Of a stretch of 64,000 nt of DNA, positions 38,691 through 50,519 are shown in pieces. Under the pieces are notes generated by a model that worked only from the letters and a program-made list of their open reading frames with translations, was not told where the DNA came from and ran no database searches. Where the stretch lies: contig MU058781.1 of the NCBI GenBank assembly GCA_013265495.1, positions 2,768,158-2,832,157 of the forward strand, read 5' to 3'. Within the stretch, counting starts at the first letter, position 1, and each line of letters opens with the position of its first letter. A program made the position numbers and the translations under genes. Source of the DNA: Vicugna vicugna (lineage: Eukaryota).

Positions 38691-41419
38691 ATTACTTAAT
38701 CTAGATAATTTATTTCAATTCCCCCCATTTCTTCCGTGAGCTGAGCTCTAACTCAGCATTTAGATCCTCAAGACCTAATTTCACTTGCTGAAAACAAAGG
38801 GAAGACCTTTGACTCACCCTAATGCGCTAGGAATGCTGAAGATGGGTGGGAACGCGCAGCCCGGCGCCAGTTGCTCTCTGTCTATGCTGGGTGTCTGGAG
38901 GATCTGAGCCTCCAGCATGTCAGCCAGGCTCCTTTGGCCAGAATTCGCCTTCATGCAAGAGTAGAAACCTCCTAGGCATGTGATTGCCGGGCCAGGAAAA
39001 TGTCACCCATTGCTAGAGAAAAGCCAGCCTTCCACAAATCTAGAGTGAATGGCACATGAAACCAATTTAGCCAAAGTGGTTGGAGAGGCATCAGAAGCAT
39101 AGTGACATGGCCATTCTGGAAACAATGCCTATAAGATGCACCTGGTAATGTTTATCGGTCCCGTTCAGGCACAGAATATGCCTCAAATTTAAAGGCGTGG
39201 AGCTGCCTATCTGCTGCTCTATGAGTCTGCTTTTGTAACCAAACATTCACATGGCATAGAGAACAATCAATAATAATTTGGGGGAAATGAACAACAGTGA
39301 GCAAATGGCAGAGCTATTGGGACCAGAAAAGTATTAGGTAAATGGCAATTTCTAGTGAGTGATACCATCAAACTAGATACAGAAAACTTTTGATGTCCTG
39401 GAAAAATCAACCCTTTTTGCAAATATTTGGGACTGAAAAAAGCTCTTAATAGACTTTGCTTATGCCTTTCTTTCCACATTTAAACCTATGTTTGTTTTAA
39501 GTAAAGCTTAATCCTTGTGTTTCTGATTCCTTTACATGTAACTCATCAGTCTTTATTTTGAGAAAAAAACCTAATGTCCAAGATGCTTTTGCTTTTTAGC
39601 CTTTTAAAGCATTTTTTCCCTCTTTGAAAGGGACTGAAATGGCCCACTCAGCTTTTGTGAAAGCAGAATTTCGACCACTGTTCGGGCTTTGAATTTCTTC
39701 ACATTTGCCAAAAATGTGACTTCCTGCTTGTTTTTAATACCCAAATCCCTTTTTAAAATTGAACGTGAGACCCTCAGTGAAGCCTGAATGCTGCAGATCT
39801 GCCCATCCACAGGTTCTTCCCGCCCCCCACTATTGTGGAGCTTATTAATGCATGTATAGTACAGTCTTTCTGACTCTTTGGAACAATTTTCATTTGTGTT
39901 GCCTAGTAATAAAAGAAAAATATTTTGAGCTTGTGATGGTACCTTTTATCAAGGATCTCAAAGCTGGTTTGCAAACATGAGCACAAAACTATGACAATAT
40001 TAGTTTCCATATACCCCATGATGAATGCAGCACTTGATTTGTAGAAATAAGAAATAAGAATGTAAAAGGACAGCACATGGGCTTGAAAGCAAGCCAAATG
40101 GGCCATTAGAATAACTATTTTCTCATATAGCCCTTAAGAAGACTTGTTAGGTGTCTCTGTTCCACAACGTCTGTTTTTTAGAATGAAAAAAAAAAGGGAA
40201 CTAATCATATTAATCAGACTGAGCCAAAGTTGTACTGAAATAATGCAAATCACCTAATAAAAACTAAATAAATGTTAGCCAGCTATTCAGATGTATTTAT
40301 CTACATAAGGCTCTATGCCCTGTTATTTGAAATATCTTTTTTTCTTTACTAAAATTTTAATTATAGATGCTTGGTTTAGGTCATCAGAAAGAGGGAGGAA
40401 ATATAGCTCAAGAAAGTTATAATGAACTATAGTCTAGAAGCTGGAATAAATACTATTTTCATAGATGCAGTAAACTGATATCTAACTTCATCCCCAGATG
40501 AGTAATTTGGCCAACACCATGTTTTATGTTGACTGTTATTTGGTAATGTGGGGACATTTGTACAGGAAATGGAAGTCATAGTTCTTATCCTTGAAGAACT
40601 TACAATTAGGAGAGTTTATACAATTTCACTACCAAATATAAACCACAGAAACAAGAGATTAATCCATAGCAATGACAGATGTTCAAGTGATCCAGTACTG
40701 GGGAACTGAAGAGGACAGAATGTCAGCAGAGACTGAGTGACCAGATCTGGGAGACTTACAGTACTTTGACTGCCAGCACACCACAGTAAACAATAGGCAT
40801 GATTTTTCATACAATAAAGATTCTTTTTTTTAATGACATAATCAAAATTGATCTATTTTGTGCATGTAGTCCCTAATTTGATATTTAAAGATAAGATCAA
40901 ATTGAATACTGCAGTGGAGAGGGACCTACTTTAATAATCACTATTGGCAGCTTGAGTGTATTTTCTGTAACAAGGTTCAAAGCCACTGTATCTACTTAAG
41001 ATACCCAATTAGATCAAAACATTTGTATTATACCAAATTTTAGACTGAATGTTATGAACCATTTCTCATAATCGTTTTCTATTTGATAAAATATACAAGC
41101 ATATTTCCACTTTTTTTATTCTATTTTGCCTGTGCAGATATTTCATTTCAGGGCTAGGCTCTTAAAATGCCAGTGATTAATACAAACTGCAGCTGCCTCT
41201 TGAAGAATATACAGCACCTTATTTATTAATGAGGAAGGAAAACTAGACATTTTAAGGGAAGATTTTCAATATTTTCTCTGGGTGGCTAACCTTGATTCAT
41301 TTTGTCTTTCAGTCCCCTTTTCTAAAATGCAGGAGTTTCACTTCCCAGAAAAGAAATGTGGGAAGGCTGAATGCTTGTTAAGGAGATTTGGACTCCATAG
41401 TTCTAAGAATCATTATTCC

Positions 41420-42195
41420 TGGGATTCTGAGAAGATGGCAGAGCAGAAAGCATGAGGAATTTGTTTCTCCACCTGGACAACAATTATACTGGCAGAACCT
41501 GTCTGATGAAATCTGGAGTCTACTGAAGGCTTACTTCAGGGGAAGACTTGGATGGTAAATTGTGGCTAATTTCAGTCAATTTTAACTCTTAGCAGAGTAG
41601 CCGCTTCCCAAAACCAGTCCCATGGCAGGGAGCTATGCAGGTGTTCCAGGGGCAGCTAGAATACAACTTCTGGGATCCAGGGTGGATATTTTAATCAGGG
41701 TCCCCCGAAGGAACAGAACCAAAGGATATACAGATGTAGCTATAATAATAGGAGATTATTAAAGGCATTGGTTCATGTAGTCATGGAGGCTGAGAAGTCC
41801 CACAATCTGCTATCTGCAAGCTGGTAAAACAGGAAAGCTGGAGCTGCAGTTCGACTATCTGGGCATCTTTTAGTTAGTGAAGTTAACACACAAAATTAAC
41901 CATTACAGTGGGCAAAAAGGAAACTGTTCTACAAATATCATGGATCTGGGCTCTGATTGCTGCTTCTGATTTCAGAGGTGCAGACAAAGAGGTGGACATT
42001 CATTGTTGTTGTATTGTCCCCATTGCTGCAGATCGCTTCACCTATGGCTGACATATCTTCCAGGGGATTTAAAGGGCTGATGCCCTTTTTCCCCCTGCTT
42101 ACTTTTCTCCCCATGACCCAGGGAGTCAGATATGAATGACTAGGAATATTCCAAATCAACTGCACACATAAAGAGAAATTAGGAAGTCATCACGC
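41420..42195 (+). mobile_element. Old L1 5' end (L1MC-like 5'UTR), interrupted by an LTR
   Basis: Starts 'ggattctgagaagatggcagagcagaaagca', an L1 5' terminus pattern, then 'ctccacctggacaacaattatactggcagaa'. Confidence 0.65.
41687..41907 (-). mobile_element. Internally deleted MLT2-type (ERVL) LTR
   Basis: 'atggaggctgagaagtcccacaatctgctatctgcaagctgg' and end 'aagttaacacacaaaattaaccattaca'. 5-bp TSD gtgga/gtggg. Confidence 0.85.
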
Positions 42196-42199
42196 ATGC

Positions 42200-42580
42200 A
42201 CAATATCACTAATCATAAGAGAAATGGAGAACAAAACCATAGTTAGATATCACCTCATGTCTGTTAGAAGGCTATCATCAAAAAAGATGATAGTGAGGAT
42301 GTGGAGAAAAGGGAGCCCCTGTGCACTGTTGGTGGGACTGTAAATTAATGCAGCCACTCTGGAAAACAGTACTGAGGAACCTCAAAAAATTAAAAATAGA
42401 ACAACCATATGATCCAGTAATTTCACTTCTGGAAATACACCCAAAGTAAATGAAAATACTATGTTGAAGAGATATCTGTACTGTACTCCCGGGTTCACAG
42501 CAGCACTGTTACAATAGCCAAGCCATGGAAAACAACCTAAATGTTCACTGAAGGATGAATGGATAAAGAAGTTGTGGTAT

Positions 42581-42620
<40 letters not shown>

Positions 42621-42930
42621 GAATATTATTCAACCATAAAAAAGAAGGAAATTCTGCCATTTGTGACAACATGGATAGAACTTTAGGGCATTATGCTAAG
42701 TGAAATAAGTCAGAGAAAAAGAGATTGGATTTGTGGTTACCAGAAGTAGGGAGTGGGGAGATACAGGATTAGATGAATGTAGTCAAAAGGTATAAACTTC
42801 CAGTTATAAGTTAAATAAGTACTAGGGATGTAAGGTTCAACATGATAACTATATTAAACTCTGCTATATGGTATATTTGTAAGTTATTAACAGAGTAGAT
42901 CTTAAGAGCTCTTAACACAAGAAAAAAAAT
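42200..42930 (+). mobile_element. L1 3' end (L1MA-like) containing a (CA)n microsatellite at ~42584-42618
   Basis: 'gatatcacctcatg', 'ccatatgatccagtaatttcacttctgg', 'agtagatcttaagagctcttaacacaagaaaaaaaa'. Confidence 0.9.
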
Positions 42931-42933
42931 TTT

Positions 42934-45900
42934 AAAGGCAGCAGAAGGAATGAAATAATAAAGATCAGGGAGGAAATAAACAAAATAGAGATTAAAAAAA
43001 ACAGAAAAAAATCAATCAAACAAAAAGCTGTTTTTTTTAAAAAAGTAAATAAAATCGATAAACCTCTGGCCAAACTCACAAAGAAGAAAAAAGAGAGAGC
43101 ACAAATAAGCCAAATAAGAAAGGAAAATGGAGAAATTACAACAAATAACATAGAAATACAGAATATCATATGAGAATATTATGAAAAACTATATGGAACC
43201 AAAATGGATAACCTAGAGGAGATGGACAAATTTCTGGAAACATGAAGTCCACCAACACTGAACCAATAAGAAACTGACCACTTAAACAAACTGATCACTA
43301 GAAATGAAATCGAATTAGCAATAAAAAACCTCCCTACAAATAAAAGTCCAGGACCGGACAGCTTCACCAGGGAATTCTACCAAACATACAAAGAAGAACT
43401 CATACCAGTCCTTCTCAAACTTTTCCAGAAGATTGAAAAGGAGGAAATACTCCCAAACTCATTCTATGAAGCCACCATCACCCTGATACCAAAACCAGGC
43501 AAAGACACTATCAAAAAAGAGAATTATAGGCCAATATCACTGACGAACACAGACGCAAAAATTCTCACCAAAATATTAGCAAATAGAATCCAACAGCACA
43601 TAGAAAAGATTATACATCATAACCAAGTGGAGTTCATCCCAGGGACACAGGAGTGGTTCAACATATGCAAATCAAACAATGTAATACATCACATCAACAA
43701 GAGAAAGGACAAAAACCACATGATCATCTCAATAGATCCAGAAAAAGCATTTGATAAAATTCAACACCCGTTTATGATAAAAACTCTCACCAAAGTGGGT
43801 ATAGAGGGAACATATCTTAACATAATAAAAGCTATATATGACAAACCTATAGCCAGCATAGTACTCAACGGTGGAAAAACTCAAAAGCTTCCCACTAAAA
43901 TCTGGGACAAGACAAGGATGCCCACTAGCACCACTCCTATTCAACATCGTCTTGGAAGTCCCAGCCACAGCAATCAGGCAAGAGAGAGAAATAAAACTGA
44001 TCCAAATTGGAAAAGAAGAGGTAAAAGTGTCACTATATGCCGACATGTTACTATATATAGAAAACCCAAAAAGGTCCACACAGAAACTACTAGAGCTGAT
44101 CGAAGAATTCAGCAAGGTAGCAGGTTACAAGATTAACGTTCAAAAATCAGTTGCATTTTTTTACACTAACAATAAATCGACAGAAAAAGAAAATAAAGAA
44201 ACAATCCCCTTTAAAATAGCACCCAAAGTAATAAAATACCTAGGAATAAATCTAACCAAGGAGGTGAAAGAATTATACACAGAAAACTATAAACCACTGA
44301 TGAAGGAAATTAAAGAAGACTTTAAAAAATTTTAACAATATTGATTCTTCCAATCCAAGAGCATGAAAGATATCCCATGCTCTTGGATTGGAAGAATCAA
44401 TATTGTTAAAATGGTCACACTGCCCAAGGCAATCTACAGATTTAATGCAATCCCTATCAAATTACCCAGGACATATTTCACAGAACTAGAACAAATCATA
44501 ATAAAATTTATATGGAACCATCAAAGACCTAGAATTGCCAAAGCATTACTGAAGAGAAAGAAAGAGGCTGGAGGAATAACTCTCCCAGACTTCAGACAAT
44601 ACTATAGAGCTACAGTCATCAAGACAGCATGGTATTGGTACCAAAACAGACATATAGACCAATGGAACAGAATAGAGAGCCCAGAAATGAACCCACAAAC
44701 TTTTGGTCAACTCATCTTCGACAAAGGAGGCAAGAATATACAATGGAATAAAGACAGTCTCTTCAGCAAATGGTGTTGGGAAAACTGGACAGCAGCATGT
44801 AAAACAATGAAGCTAGAACACACCCTTACACCATATACAAAAATCAACTCAAAATGGATTAAAGACTTAAACATAAGACAAGATACAATAAACCTCCTAG
44901 AGGAAAACATAGGCAAAACATTATCTGACATACATTTCAAAAATTTTCTCCTAGAAGAAATAAAAGCAAGAATAAACAAATGGGACCTAATGAAACTTAC
45001 AAGCTTCTGCAGAGCAAAGGAAACCATAAGTAAAGCAAAAAGACAACCTACGGAATGGGAAAAAATTTTTGCAAGTGAAACTGACAAAGGCTTGATCTCC
45101 AAAATATATAAGCAGCTCATACGACTCAATAAGAAAAAAATAAACAACCCAATCCAAAAATGGGCAGAAGACCTAAACAAGCAATTCTCCAAGGAAGACA
45201 TACAAATGATCAAAAAGCACATGAAAAAATGTTCAATATCACTAATTATCAGAGAAATGCAAATCAAAACTACAATGAGGTATCACCTCACACCAGTCAG
45301 AATGGCCGTCATTCAAAAATCCAAAAATGACAAATGCTGGAGAGGCTGTGGAGAAAGGGGAACCCTCCTACACTGCTGGTGGGAATGCAGTTTGGTGCAG
45401 CCACTATGGAAAACAGTGTGGAGATTCCTCAAAAGACTAGGAATAGACTTACCATATGACCCAGGAATCCCACTCCTGGGCTTGTATCCAGAAGGAAATC
45501 TACTTCAGGATGACACCTGCACCCCAATGTTCATAGCAGCACTATTTACAATAGCCAAAACATGGAAACAGCCTAAATGTCCATCAACAGGTGACTGGAT
45601 AAAGAAGATGTGGTATATTTATACAATGGAATACTACTCAGCCATAAAAACCGACAACATAATGCCATTTGCAGCAACATGGATGCTCCTAGAGAATGTC
45701 ATTCTAAGTGAAGTAAGCCAGAAAGAGAAAGAAAAATACCATATGAGATCGCTCATATGTGGAATCTAAAAAACAAAAACAAACAAACAAACAAAAACAA
45801 AGCATAAATACAGGACAGAAATAGACTCATGGACAGAGAATACAGACTTGTGGTTACCAGGGGGGTAGAGGGTGGGAAGGGATAGACTGGGATTTCAAAA

Positions 45901-46092
45901 TTGTAGAATAGATAAACAAGATTACACTGTATAGCACAGGGAAATATACACAAAATGTTATGATAAATCACAGAGAAAAAAATGTGACAATGAGTGTGTA
46001 TATGTCCATGAATGACTGAAAAATTGTGCTGAACACTGGAATTTGACACAACATTGTAAAATGATTATAAATCAATAAAAAATATTAAAAAA
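42934..46092 (+). mobile_element. Young 5'-truncated L1 (~3.15 kb; ORF2 RT and C-terminal domains plus 3'UTR and A-rich tail)
   Basis: ORF2 motifs '[17 protein letters not shown]', '[18 protein letters not shown]', 'KYLGINL' and the CCHC motif '[18 protein letters not shown]'. PolyA signal near 46074. Confidence 0.98.
44363..45769 (+). pseudogene. Open 468-aa C-terminal fragment of L1 ORF2p (no endonuclease, no RT core)
   Basis: ORF track. The ATG comes from the inverted duplication just upstream. The translation is recognisable ORF2p C-terminus. Confidence 0.9.
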
Positions 46093-46585
46093 GAGGTTAA
46101 TACATTAAAAATTATTAATCCAAAAGCTAGTATTATTGTCACTTTGGTTCGGAATTCCACATTTCTGTCTTCTACATAATTTAATAGATTAATGCATTTA
46201 AAGAATTATTAGTATATGTTTTGAAGCATACAATGTCCTTAAACCCAGAGCCTCAGATGTAGGGGAATTCTAGCATGTACATCTCCAAAAGAAAAAAAAA
46301 TGTTCATGAAGAAAAGAAAGGTAACATGTCAAGTTTGGGGTTTGATTTGTAGCCACTCAAGTGACCAACAAATACTTATTCATCGTATGCCAGGTGCCAA
46401 GCACTATCCCAGGTTAATTTAAGTTAAAATTAAAGTCATATTTTACACCAGGGCATGTAACATTTTCAACTTATTGTGGTCCCTAGAGCAAGCTCCATTT
46501 CTAGCTTTACTCAGTGAATTTAGGTGAGCCATTTAACACTATCAAGACTTCACTCAGAGTAAAATGCTGATATTCCCTACCCTTC

Positions 46586-47122
46586 TGCAGCAGACAGTGT
46601 TGAGTTACCAATCTCATTCTCTTTTTCCCTTGCCTACTTTTAAAAACTAAATATGAATTTTCCAGCCAGCTTTGCAGCCAGAGATGGCTGTGTCATGTAG
46701 CAAGCTGATGTAAGTAGAGATATAAGTACCTGATGAGATGTAAGTAATTGTTGAGATGGGGTGGAAAATTCTGGAAAACATTTATTTTCCTAGTAAAAAG
46801 GCATGGACACAGCCAGTGCCACATCTCAACCCCATTGTCTCCCTCCTTCTTCCTTGAATGCAACTGTGACACCAGAACTATGACAACCATGTTGTGATCA
46901 CAAGGTGATATGCAGAGGACAAAATCCAATGTGCTAAGGATGGCTGAATGAAAAATGGAAAAGTCTGAACCCTGGAAGAGATTACTGAGCAACTGGATTG
47001 ACTCCAACCATGGCTGACCTCCCAATTTCCTGTTATGTAAGAAAAGTATCACGCTCTCCCTATTTATTCAGGTCTCTATTAGTCAGGGAGTCTCTTTCTA
47101 GCAGCCAAACACATTGCTATGT
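46586..47122 (+). mobile_element. Ancient MaLR LTR (MLT1J-like)
   Basis: 'ttccagccagctttgcagccagagatggctgtgtca', 'gctaaggatggc', 'gcagccaaacacattgcta'. Confidence 0.7.
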
Positions 47123-48175
47123 GGTGACTGTTCCCTCTTAAGCTGGTGGTAAGAATTTTACTCAGAAATAACATAAAAATATATTTTACATTATTGACTT
47201 CAAATTTTCATTTCGCATATATAGAAACTTGGGCTCACAAAGAGTATGTAGCAGAGCAATGTTCACCCAGGCCTTCTAACTGCATATCTATGACCATACT
47301 TTATGTTTTGCTCCCTTTTGTAGTAATACAGAATGTATCAGAGCATTTTGTAAATGATGATGCTCTTATAACACCTCTAAACATCTGTCTAGTTCTTTAA
47401 AATGTTCAATGAATTGTCAGTAATTTCATCAAGCTTGATTCTCAGAGCAACCCAGTAAGACAGATATTATTAATATCCCTGTGGTACATAGTTATTGTCA
47501 TTTCTCATCACTTCTTTCTCAACTGTGTCTGCTACTTGGCTCAGCAATTCTGCCATCAGGGATTAACAGTTCCCATTTACTATTCTTTTTTTGATGGGTT
47601 CAAGTTCTTTTTTGCTTTATGTTTCTGCCTTAGTCTATCCCTACCCATTCCTTGTAAAATTCTATTTTAATTCAGCAGGGAACGTAACCACACATCAGAG
47701 TTGACTTCAGCTTGGCTGAAACCAAGGAGCTCTGGAAATCACACCAGGGAGCCTGTCTACATTGCCAAGTTTACTTATTAAAGAAAAAATGCTTATAGTA
47801 TTAGGCATGAAATGTGATTGGAGCTGGTCCTGGCCAGAGACAACTTTTACAAAGGTGGTGCCTCTGATTCTGGAGGAACTGCAGTTCGCTATTTTCCTAC
47901 CAAACATGTTTACTTATAGGAAATCTCTTTGCCTCATTTGCACTAATTAGGTGAAATCTGCCCCTTGCACACACACACCCTTCAAGCTGGTGATCGTAAA
48001 GTGATACCACATGTAAAAACTAACACTTGTTGAAACAGATTCTGCATACAATGGCAATTCAGTGTAGATTGGGAGCTGAGAAGGAAGTTTATTTAGAACC
48101 TTTTCTATGAAGTTTTGTGGCCCATGGACAAGCATGGTGAGCACTACCTTGAAGCTTGTTAAAAATGCAGAATCT

Positions 48176-48320
48176 GGGGGGGAGGGCATAGCTCAAGTGG
48201 TAGAGTGCATGCTTAGCATGCATGAGGTCCTGGGTTCAATCCCCAGTACCTCCTCAATAAGTAAACTTCATTATCTCCCCCCAAAAAATAAAAAATAAAA
48301 TATTAAAAAAAACCCCAAAC
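48176..48320 (+). mobile_element. tRNA-Ala-derived SINE (Vic-1-like) inserted in a MER5A-like element (~48105-48420)
   Basis: A-box 'tagctcaagtgg', B-box 'ggttcaatccc', A-rich tail, and a perfect 12-bp TSD aatgcagaatct (48164-48175 / 48321-48332). Confidence 0.93.
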
Positions 48321-49237
48321 AATGCAGAATCTCAGGTTCCACCCCAAACCTACTGAATAAAAATCTGAATTTTAACAAGAGCCTCTGTGGATGTGTACGT
48401 ATGTTTAAGTTTCAGAAGATGACTGGGAAGAGACACCTACCACATAACTGCATCTGTTATGGGTACCCATAAATCATTTTTTGCCATCTCTTTTGTGCCT
48501 GGCCTGTCATGCCTATAGAATTTCAGTGACCAAAAATGCACTTGTTTGATCTCACTTTTTTAATATTCAAAAGCGTAGATTGGTCTACTAATACTTGCTT
48601 TAGAGTGAATATGTTTGAATGCATCTACTCTGAGCACTGGTGGATGTTTCACTGTCTTATTTGTCCTCTCTGGTTAGATTTGGATTGAAATTTATAACTG
48701 AATTCCTAAAGTATTATTGATCCTCAGGTATCACTCCAACTCATAAAGTTAATTGAATAATGTATGCAAAATCATGTTGTTTGGTGCCTATAATAGAGAG
48801 GTATGCAAAAAATGATGGTGTATTTTTGTTTGTTGAATTTTATAATATTATTGTTTGCATTTTAGGATCCACATCTTAGAGGACGTTGAGGGGCATGGAG
48901 GGAGGAATATGGACTGTGGCAAATTTGTCTAATAATTCTTTAATAATTATGTACAAATTGTCTCCCACGTTCCCACATTGGCCAGGTGATGAGCATATGG
49001 GTGAGCACAGTCTCTCTTCAATTTGCAGGTGTTCACGTGGAGACAGAGCCCTGCACTGCTGGAACCCAAGGGTACCAGTCACACTCAAGTCTATGTGAAT
49101 GGTGCTTCCTAGAGCTGGGACCCACACCCATTTTGGGGGTGGGCAATCAACAGTAAATTAAGTGAATTAAGACAGGAATGAACCTAGGAGCTCAGGCAGC
49201 ACAATGAAGGGGTATCTAACTCATAGTGATTGAAATA

Positions 49238-49426
49238 TGAGTGTGTGTGTGTGTGTGTACATGGTGTGGCTGTGTGTGGTATATATGTAAATGTGAGATG
49301 TGTGTGAGCATGATTTGTGTGTATGTGTGATGAGGGGTGTGTGTGTGAGTGAAGTGTGTGGGTATGAAATGAGTGGGTGTGGTGTATATGTGTGAGACTG
49401 TGAGGTGGATGCACACCTTGTGTGTC
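49238..49426. repeat. Degenerate (TG)n-rich simple repeat
   Basis: Directly visible. It explains the spurious His/Thr-rich ORFs on the minus strand. Confidence 0.95.
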
Positions 49427-49499
49427 TGGTGGAGGCAAAAGTGGAAGTTTTGAGTATCAACAAAACTTTATGGCGGAAGTGATGCCTGAGCTATTTATT

Positions 49500-50465
49500 C
49501 AGCTCCAGTCAGACTTTCCTCCTTCTATTCTACTGAAATGACACCTGCCAAGTTCTCAGTGTCCTCGCCAACACCAAACCTAATGGTGGCTTCTCTGTCT
49601 TCATTGTATTTAGCTCCCTGAATTCCCATCTCAGTAAATGTCACTTACTTTACCTAGATGCTCGGACTGTGAACCTAGGAATTAGGTTCTAGACCTTTCT
49701 CCCTCACTCTCCATCCAATCCATCTATAAATCCTGCTAGTTCTACCTTCCATTTTGTAGCCAGAATCCAAGCACTTCTCACAACCTTTACTCTAGTCAAA
49801 AGCTCTATACCTTTGTCTTGACTATTAGAATAACTTTCTAACTGACTTTCCTGTTCTACTCTGGCCTTCCTAGAGTCTATTTTACACTCAGCACCCAGAA
49901 CAGCCCTTTAAAGCTCTTAATTTTATCAGGTAGTTAATTTTCTCAAGGTATTCCAATGGCTTTCCTTTACTCTTAGAATAAAATCCAGATTCCATGTCAT
50001 GACCCAAGGCTGTACATGATATGGTCCCTGGCTGCCTTCCAGCTTCTTTCTGCCCTTTCTTCCCTCACTCACTCCTCTACCCACACTGACCTTCTTGCTG
50101 GTTCCTGAACCCACCTGGCATGCTCCTTCCTCGGGGCCTCCACATTGTTTACCTTCTAGTTATAATGCTCTGCCACCAGTCAGCAACGTGTTTTTCCCTT
50201 CATTTTATTCAGGCTCCAGACTTTCCCTGGTTATTCTTTTTCCCCCTTATCCCCTTTATTATTTTTTTCTTTTAAGCACTAATTACTACTCAATATCTTA
50301 TATTAATTTGTTAAATATCTGTCTCCTCACTCAAATGTAAACTCCATGAAGTGAGGAACTCTGTTGTTTTTTTTTTCTAATTCCCTGTATTTCTAACTCA
50401 TAGCAGAGTGTCTGGTCTAGTAAATGCTTAGTAAGTATGTGCTTAATGACAGACTGGCTTACTGA
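49500..50465 (+). mobile_element. L2a LINE fragment
   Basis: 'ttccaatggctttcctttactcttagaataaaatcc', 'aatgtaaactccatgaag', 'gcttagtaagtatgtgcttaatga'. Confidence 0.85.
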
Positions 50466-50519
50466 CTGAGTAGATGTGGGCAAAGCATTAGAAATGCCAG
50501 GAGAAAAGCAGTAGCTATG

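Noticed and set aside
44363..45769. 468-aa ORF as a host protein-coding gene
   Set aside because: It is plainly the L1 ORF2p C-terminus within a truncated L1, with no promoter or other sign of domestication.
48176..48255. tRNA-Ala(AGC) gene
   Set aside because: It has an A-rich tail, a 12-bp TSD and a second diverged copy in the window, so it is a tRNA-derived SINE.
49184..49463. His/Thr-rich ORFs
   Set aside because: They are translations of a degenerate (CA)n/(TG)n repeat.
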